A stretch of 64,000 nt of DNA from assembly GCA_964016885.1 (NCBI GenBank), contig OZ024741.1, forward strand, positions 415,834,001 through 415,898,000. The letters run 5' to 3'. The translations under genes and the position numbers were made by a program. Of this stretch, positions 56,701 through 64,000 are shown piece by piece; within the stretch, counting starts at the first letter, position 1; each line of letters opens with the position of its first letter. Under the pieces are notes generated by a model. The model searched no databases and was not told the origin of the DNA. It saw nothing but the letters and a program-made list of their open reading frames with translations. This DNA comes from Eledone cirrhosa (taxonomy: Eukaryota).

Positions 56701-59700
56701 CCTCTGTTATATTAACTGGGGTCTCTGTTATATTAACTGAGGTCTCTGTAATATTAACTGGGGCCTCTATTATATTAACTGGGGTCTCTGTTATATTAAC
56801 TGGGGCCTCTATTATATTAACTGAGGTCTCTGTTATATTAACTGGGGTCTGTTATTAACTGGGGCCTCTATTATATTAACTGAGGTCTCTGTTATATTAA
56901 CTGAGGTCTGTTATCTTAACTGGGGTCTCTGTTATATTAACTGGGTTCTCTGTTATATTAACTGGGGTCTGTTATTAACTGGGGCCTCTATTATATTAAC
57001 TGAGGTCTCTGTTATATTAACTGGAGTCTCTGTTATATTAACTGGGTCTCTGTTATATTAAATGGCGTCTGTTATATTAACTGGGGTCTCTGTTATATTA
57101 ACTGGGGTCTCTGTTATATTAACTGAGGTCTCTGTTATATTAACTGGGGTCTCTGTTATATTAACTGGGGCCTCTATTATATTAACTGGGGTCGCTGTTA
57201 TATTAAATGGGGTCTCTGTTATTTTAACTGGGGTCTCTGTTATATTAAATGGAGCCACTATTATATTAACTGGGGCCTCTGTTATATTAACTGGGGTCTC
57301 TGTTATATTAACTGGGGTCTCTGTTATATTAACTAGGGCCTCTATTATATTAACTGGGGCCTCTGTTATATTAACTGGGGTCTCTGTTATATTAACTGGG
57401 TTCAGTTATATTAACTGGGGCCTCTGTTATATTAACTGGGGCCTCTGTTATATTAACTGGGGTCTCTGTTATATTAACTGGGGTCTCTGTCATGTTAACT
57501 GAGTATGTTATATTAACTGGGGCCTCTGTTATATTAACTGGGGCCTCTATTATAGTAACTGGGGCCTCTGTTATATTAACTGGGGTCTCTGTTATATTAA
57601 CTGGGGTCTCTGTTATATTAACTGGGGTCTCTATTATATTAACTAGGGTCTCTGTTATATTAACAGGGGTCTCTGTTATATTAACAGGTGTCTCTGTTAT
57701 ATTAACTGGGGTCTCTGTTATATTAACTGGGGTCTGTTATATTAACTGGGGTCTCTGTTATATTAACTGGGGTCTCTGTTATATTAACTGGGGTATGTTA
57801 TATTAACTGGGGTCTCTGTTATATTAACTGGGGTCTCTGTTATATTAACTGGGGTATCGTATATTAACTGGGGTCTCTGTTATATTAACTGGGGCCTCTA
57901 TTATATTAGCTGGGGCCACTGTTATATTAACTGGGGTCTCTGTTATAATAACTGGGTTCAGTTATATTAACTGGGCTCTCTGTTATATTAACTGAGGTCT
58001 CTGTAATATTAACTGTGGCCTCTATTATATTAACTGGGGTCTCTGTTATATTAACTGGGGTCTCTGTTATATTAAATGGCGTCTGTTATATTAACTGGGG
58101 TCTCTGTTATATTAACTGAGGTCTCTGTTATATTAACTGGGGCCTCTGTTATATTAACTGGGGTCTGTTATTAACTGGGGCCTCTATTATATTAACTGAG
58201 GTCTCTGTTATAATAACTGTGGTCTGTTATTAACTGGGGCCTCTATTATATTAACTGAGGTCTCTTTTATATTAACTGGGGTCTGTTATTAACTGGGGCC
58301 TCTATTATATTAACTGGGGTCTCTGTTATATTAACTGGGGTCTCTGTTATATTAACTGGGGTCTATTATATTAACTGGGGTCTCTGTTATATTAAGTGCG
58401 GTCTCTTTTATATTAACTGGGGTCTGTTATCTTAACTGAGGTCTCTGTTATATTAACTGGGCTATGTTATATTAACTGGGGTCTCTGTTATATTAACTGA
58501 GGTCTGTTATCTTAACTGGGGTCTATGTTATATTAACTGGGTTCTCTGTTATATTTTACTGGGGTCTGTTATTAACTGGGGCCTCTATTATATTAACTGA
58601 GGTCTCTGTTATATTAACTGGAGTCTCTGTTATATTAACTGGGTCTCTGTTATATTAAATGGCGTCTGTTATATTAACTGGGGTCTCTGTTATATTAACT
58701 GGGGTCTCTGTTATATTAACTGGGGCCTCTGTTATATTAACTGAGGTCTCTGTTATATTAACAGGGGTCTCTGTTATATTAACTGGGGCCTATATTATAT
58801 TAACTGGGGTCGCTGTTATATTAATTGGGGTCTCTGTTATATTAACTGGGGTCTCTGTTATATTAAATGGGGTCTCTATTATATTAACTGGGGCCTCTGT
58901 TATATTAACTGGGGTCTCTGTTATATTAACTGGGGTCTCTGTTATATTAACTAGGGCCTCTATTATATTAACTGAGGCCTCTGTTATATTAACTGGGGTC
59001 TCTGTTATATTAACTGGGTTCAGTTATATTAACTGGGGCCTCTGTTATATTAACTGGGGCCTCTGTTATATTAACTGGGGTCTCTGTAATATTAACTGGG
59101 GTCTCTGTCATGTTAACTGGGGTATGTTATATTAACTGGGACCTCTGTTATATTAACTGGGGCCTCTATTATAGTAACTGGGGCCTCTGTTATATTAACT
59201 GGGGTCTCTGTTATATTAACTGGGTTCAGTTATATTAACTGGGGCCTCTGTTATATTAACTGGGGCCTCTATTATAGTAACTGGGGCCTCTGTTATATTA
59301 ACTGGGGTCTCTGTTATATTAACTGGGGTCTCTGTTATATTAACTGGGGTCTCTGTTATATTAACTGGGGTCTCTGTTATATTAACAGGGGTCTCTGTTA
59401 TATTAACTGGGGTCTCTGTTATATTAACTGGGGTCTCTGTTATATTAACTGGGGTCTCTGTTATATTAACTGGGGTATGTTATATTAACTGGGGTCTCTG
59501 TTATATTAACTGGGGTCTCTGTTATATTAACAGAGGTATCGTATATTAACTGGGGTCTCTGTTATATTAACTGGGGCCTCTATTATATTAGCTGGGGCCT
59601 CTGTTATATCAACTGGGGTCTCTCTTATATTAACTGAGGTCTCTGTAATATTAACTGGGGCCTCTATTATATTAACTGGGGTCTCTGTTATATTAACTGG

Positions 59701-59980
59701 GGCCTCTATTATATTAACTGAGGTCTCTGTTATATTAACTGGGGTCTGTTATTAACTGGGGCCTCTATTATATTAACTGAGGTCTCTGTTATATTAACTG
59801 GGGTCTGTTATTAACTGGGGCCTCTATTATATTAACTGAGGTCTCTGTTATATTAACTGGGGTCTGTTATTAACTGGGGCCTCTATTATATTAACTGAGG
59901 TCTCTGTTATATTAACTGGGGTCTGTTATTAACTGGGGTCTCTATTATATTAACTGGGGTCTCTGTTATATTAACTGGGG

Positions 59981-60004
59981 TCATCATCATCATCATCATC
60001 ATCA
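59981..60004 (-). repeat. (TCA)8 / (TGA)8 microsatellite forming the putative 3' tail of the insertion
   Basis: tcatcatcatcatcatcatcatca read directly. Its first two bases (TC) are shared with the satellite GGGGTC. Confidence 0.95.
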
Positions 60005-60153
60005 CCGTTTTACGTCCGTTCTTCCACGCTAGCATGGGTTAGACGGGTTGTCCTGTTGTGGGCAGTGTCTGGTCGGCTGACCATGCCTTGCTCATACAGG
60101 AACTGATCTGGCTTGATTTCTACAGCTGGATGCCCTTCCTAACACCAACCTCA

Positions 60154-60248
60154 TTTACAGTGAGTGCTGGGTGCTTTTTCGTGGCGCCTACACGTCCACT
60201 TTACAGTGTGGGCTGGGTGCTTTTTTGCCGTGGCACCTCCACGACCAC
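60154..60248. repeat. Imperfect internal tandem duplication (46 bp + 49 bp) within the insertion
   Basis: 60154-60199 TTTACAGTGAGTGCTGGGTGCTTTTTCGTGGCGCCTACACGTCCAC versus 60200-60248 TTTACAGTGTGGGCTGGGTGCTTTTTTGCCGTGGCACCTCCACGACCAC. Confidence 0.92.
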
Positions 60249-60253
60249 CTTGC

Positions 60254-60276
60254 GGGGGGGGGGGGGGGGGGGGGGG
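60254..60276 (+). repeat. G23 homopolymer inside the insertion (C23 on the element strand)
   Basis: Counted directly. The exact length may be affected by sequencing error. Confidence 0.93.
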
Positions 60277-60382
60277 CATATTGTTTATATGCTTCAGCAT
60301 GTACCCATGGGAGGTCGGGTACCCTGTATTACTGCGTGACGCCAGAAGTCACGGTCGTGTGTCATTGACTTTGAGAGGTGTA

Positions 60383-63300
60383 GGTCTCTGTTATATTAAC
60401 TGGGGTCTGTTATATTAACTGGGGTCTCTGTTATATTAACTGGTGTCTCTGTTATATTAACTGGGGTCTGTTATCTTAACTGAGGTCTCTGTTATATTAA
60501 CTGGGCTCTGTTATATTAACTGGTGTCTCTGTTATATTAACTGAGGTCTGTTATCTTAACTGGGGTCTCTGTTATATTAACTGGGTTCTCTGTTATATTA
60601 ACTGGGGTCTGTTATTAACTGGGGCCTCTATTATATTAACTGAGGTCTCTGTTATATTAACTGGAGTCTCTGTTATATTAACTGGGTCTGTGTTATATTA
60701 AATGGCGTCTGTTATATTAACTGGGGTCTCTGTTATATTAACTGGGGTCTCTGTTATATTAACTGAGGTCTCTGTTATATTAACTGGGGTCTCTGTTATA
60801 TTAACTGGGGCCTCTATTATATTAACTGGGGTCGCTGTTATATTAAATGGGGTCTCTGTTATATTAACTGGGGTCTCTGTTATATTAAATGAGGCCTCTA
60901 TTATATTAACTGGGGCCTCTGTTATATTAACTGGGGTCTCTGTTATATTAACTGGGGTCTCTGTTATATTAACTGGGTTCAGTTATATTAACTGGGGCCT
61001 CTGTTATATTAACTGGGGCCTCTGTTATATTAACTGGAGTCTCTGTTATATTAACTGGGGTCTCTGTCATGTTAACTGGGGTATGTTATATTAACTGGGG
61101 CCTCTGTTATATTAACTGGGGCCTCTATTATAGTAACTGGGGCCTCTGTTATATTAACTGGGGACTCTGTTATATTAACTGGGGTCTCTGTTATATTAAC
61201 TGGGGTCTCTGTTATATTAACTGGGGTCTGTTATATTAACTGGGGTCTCTGTTATATTAACTGGGGTCTCTGTTATATTAACTGGGGTATGTTATATTAA
61301 CTGGGGTTTCTGTTATATTAACTGGGGTCTCTGTTATATTAACTGGGATATCGTATATTAAATGGGGTCTATGTTATATTAACTGGGGCCTCTATTATAT
61401 TAGCTGGGGCCACTGTTATGTTAACTGGGGTCTCTGTTATAATAACTGGGTTCAGTTATATTAACTGGGGTCTCTGTTATATTAACTGAGGTCTCTGTAA
61501 TATTAACTGGGGCCTCTATTATATTAACTGGGGTCTCTGTTATATTAACAGGGGTCTCTGTTATATTAACAGGGGTCTCTGTTATATTAACTGGGGTCTC
61601 TGTTATATTAACTGGGGTCTGTTATATTAACTGGGGTCTCTGTTATATTAACTGGGGTCTCTGTTATATTAACTGGAGTATGTTATATTAACTGAGGTCT
61701 CTGTTATATTAACTGGGGTCTGTTATTAACTGGGGCCTCTATTATATTAACTGAGGTCTCTGTTATATTAACTGGGGTCTGTTATTAACTGGGGCCTCTA
61801 TTATATTAACTGAGGCCTCTGTTATATTAACTGGGGTCTGTTATTAACTGGGGTCTCTATTATATTAACTGGGGTCTCTGTTATATTAACTGGGGTCTCT
61901 GTTATATTAAATGGGGTCTCTGTTATATTAACTAGGGCCTCTATTATATTAACTGAGGCCTCTGTTATATTAACTGGGGTCTCTGTTATATTAACTGGGT
62001 TCAGTTATATTAACTGGGGCCTCTGTTATATTAACTGGGGCCTCTGTTATATTAACTGGGGTCTCTGTAATATTAACTGGGGTCTCTGTCATGTTAACTG
62101 GGGTATGTTATATTAACTGGGACCTCTGTTATATTAACTGGGGCCTCTATTATAGTAACTGGGGCCTCTGTTATATTAACTGGGGTCTCTGTTATATTAA
62201 CTGGGTTCAGTTATATTAACTGGGGCCTCTGTTATATTAACTGGGGCCTCTATTATAGTAACTGGGGCCTCTGTTATATTAACTGGGGTCTCTGTTATAT
62301 TAACTGGGGTCTCTGTTATATTAACTGGGGTCTCTATTATATTAACTGGGGTCTCTGTTATATTAACAGGGGTCTCTGTTATATTAACTGGGGTCTCTGT
62401 TATATTAACTGGGGTCTCTGTTATATTAACTGGGGTCTCTGTTATATTAACTGGGGTATGTTATATTAACTGGGGTCTCTGTTATATTAACTGGGGTCTC
62501 TGTTATATTAACAGAGGTATCGTATATTAACTGGGGTCTCTGTTATATTAACTGGGGCCTCTATTATATTAGCTGGGGCCTCTGTTATATTAACTGGGGT
62601 CTCTGTTATATTAACTGAGGTCTCTGTAATATTAACTGGGGCCTCTATTATATTAACTGGGGTCTCTGTTATATTAACTGGGGCCTCTATTATATTAACT
62701 GAGGTCTCTGTTATATTAACTGGGGTCTGTTATTAACTGGGGCCTCTATTATATTAACTGAGGTCTCTGTTATATTAACTGAGGTCTGTTATCTTAACTG
62801 GGGTCTCTGTTATATTAACTGGGTTCTCTGTTATATTAACTGGGGTCTGTTATTAACTGGGGCCTCTATTATATTAACTGAGGTCTCTGTTATATTAACT
62901 GGAGTCTCTGTTATATTAACTGGGTCTCTGTTATATTAAATGGCGTCTGTTATATTAACTGGGGTCTCTGTTATATTAACTGGGGTCTCTGTTATATTAA
63001 CTGAGGTCTCTGTTATATTAACTGGGGTCTCTGTTATATTAACTGGGGCCTCTATTATATTAACTGGGGTCGCTGTTATATTAAATGGGGTCTCTGTTAT
63101 TTTAACTGGGGTCTCTGTTATATTAAATGGAGCCACTATTATATTAACTGGGGCCTCTGTTATATTAACTGGGGTCTCGGTTATATTAACTGGGGTCTCT
63201 GTTATATTAACTAGGGCCTCTATTATATTAACTGGGGCCTCTGTTATATTAACTGGGGTCTCTGTTATATTAACTGGGTTCAGTTATATTAACTGGGGCC

Positions 63301-64000
63301 TCTGTTATATTAACTGGGGCCTCTGTTATATTAACTGGGGTCTCTGTTATATTAACTGGGGTCTCTGTCATGTTAACTGAGTATGTTATATTAACTGGGG
63401 CCTCTGTTATATTAACTGGGGCCTCTATTATAGTAACTGGGGCCTCTGTTATATTAACTGGGGTCTCTGTTATATTAACTGGGGTCTCTGTTATATTAAC
63501 TGGGGTCTCTATTATATTAACTAGGGTCTCTGTTATATTAACAGGGGTCTCTGTTATATTAACAGGGGTCTCTGTTATATTAACTGGGGTCTCTGTTATA
63601 TTAACTGGGGTCTGTTATATTAACTGGGGTCTCTGTTATATTAACTGGGGTCTCTGTTATATTAACTGGGGTATGTTATATTAACTGGGGTCTCTGTTAT
63701 ATTAACTGGGGTCTCTGTTATATTAACTGGGGTATCGTATATTAACTGGGGTCTCTGTTATATTAACTGGGGCCTCTATTATATTAGCTGGGGCCACTGT
63801 TATATTAACTGGGGTCTCTGTTATAATAACTGGGTTCAGTTATATTAACTGGGGTCTCTGTTATATTAACTGAGGTCTCTGTAATATTAACTGTGGCCTC
63901 TATTATATTAACTGGGGTCTCTGTTATATTAACTGGGGTCTCTGTTATATTAAATGGCGTCTGTTATATTAACTGGGGTCTCTGTTATATTAACTGAGGT
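60383..64000 (+). repeat. Same 21-bp satellite array, right of the insertion; extends beyond window end
   Basis: Resumes in register at GGTCTCTGTTATATTAAC (60383) with the same consensus, orientation and variant set as 52-60 kb. Confidence 0.99.

Larger units (their letters stand above)
1..59982 (+). repeat. 21-bp tandem satellite array, left of the insertion (consensus TTAACTGGGGTCTCTGTTATA; 19- and 17-bp variants); extends beyond window start
   Basis: Seen directly: continuous head-to-tail monomers TTAAC-TGGGG-[T/C]CTCT[G/A]-TTATA, all with the G-tract on the + strand. Variants include TTAACTGGGGTATGTTATA and TTAACTGGGGTCTGTTATA (19 bp), TTAACTGGGGTCTGTTA (17 bp), TGAGG, and AAGTGGGG. Confidence 0.99.
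59983..60382 (-). mobile_element. 400-bp non-autonomous non-LTR retroposon (SINE-like or bipartite RTE-LINE derivative, possibly 5'-truncated) inserted into a satellite monomer
   Basis: Seen: a unique GC-richer, CpG-containing island that splits one monomer and is flanked by GGTC on both sides (59979-59982, 60383-60386). The minus strand ends ...CCCGTCTAACCCATGCTAGCGTGGAAGAACGGACGTAAAACGG(TGA)8 and contains GGTTGGTGTTAGGAAGGGCATCCAGCTGTAGAAA. Known: a short-repeat 3' tail preceded by a stem-loop is typical of RTE/CR1/L2-clade LINEs and their SINEs. From memory only (no database search): both motifs resemble RTE-partnered SINEs of cephalopods and other invertebrates. No RT or endonuclease ORF, no terminal inverted repeats, no clear pol III A/B boxes. 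Confidence 0.8.
51900..64000 (+). repeat. Right-hand higher-order domain with ~2.9-kb and 5878-bp periods
   Basis: Matching translated blocks at 54102/57058/62936 (offsets 2956, 5878), 55762/58659 (2897) and 52629/60702 (8073). Markers AAATGGAGCCACTA and GTCATGTTAACTGAGTATG. Confidence 0.88.

Noticed and set aside
59982-60005. (CAT)7CAC read as a His8 tag, suggesting vector contamination
   Set aside because: No upstream ORF, linker, stop codon or vector context. It is better explained as a retroposon tail.
60277-60382. tRNA gene or tRNA-derived SINE head
   Set aside because: No convincing A box, GTTCRA B box or cloverleaf on either strand.
59983-60382. MITE or DNA transposon
   Set aside because: The ends (ATCATC... 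and ...GGTGTA) are not inverted repeats, and the asymmetric tail favours retrotransposition.
60058-60418. Three overlapping + strand ORFs in the insertion, with poly-Gly
   Set aside because: They are short, poly-Gly comes from the G23 run, there are no RT, endonuclease or transposase motifs, and they lie antisense to the inferred element.
401-63684. Many 60-158 aa ORFs (VNITETP, VILTGVS and CYINWGL heptad repeats), including a mucin-like N-I-T sequon reading on the minus strand
   Set aside because: These are a direct consequence of a 21-bp unit having stop-free frames. They are constantly frameshifted by 19- and 17-bp monomers and have no unique domains, signal peptide or gene context.
1-64000. 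CRISPR array or other repeat-spacer system
   Set aside because: No unique spacers, since monomers abut directly. No leader or cas genes.
1-64000. Telomerase-synthesised long telomeric repeat
   Set aside because: Despite the G-rich strand bias, rare variants are inherited in multi-kb duplicated blocks. That points to recombination or replication-based amplification rather than templated addition. A subtelomeric location cannot be excluded.
1-64000. TATA-like or -10-like TATATT motifs and BsaI (GGTCTC) sites as regulatory or engineered features
   Set aside because: These are intrinsic parts of the monomer, repeated thousands of times, with no associated genes or design pattern.

Overview
This window is almost entirely one eukaryotic-type tandem satellite array, open at both ends and in a single orientation. 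The monomer is 21 bp, consensus TTAACTGGGGTCTCTGTTATA, with common GGGGCC, TGAGG and TCTA substitutions and 19-bp and 17-bp deletion variants. Shared rare variants show nested higher-order repeats: a 59-bp trimer, 0.75-1.4 kb blocks, 2.2-3.6 kb blocks and ~5.9-6.4 kb super-blocks. They fall into three compositional domains. The only non-satellite sequence is a 400-bp insertion at 59983-60382. On the minus strand it looks like a short non-autonomous retroposon (RTE-LINE-dependent or SINE-like) with a (TGA)8 tail, a GGTC target-site duplication, an internal 46/49-bp tandem duplication and a 23-nt G/C homopolymer. No credible protein-coding gene, RNA gene or CRISPR array is present, and nearly all listed ORFs are 7-aa periodic translations of the satellite. 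The most unusual features are the quasi-palindromic monomer, whose recurrent variants tend to perfect the palindrome, and the lone structured retroposon insertion.
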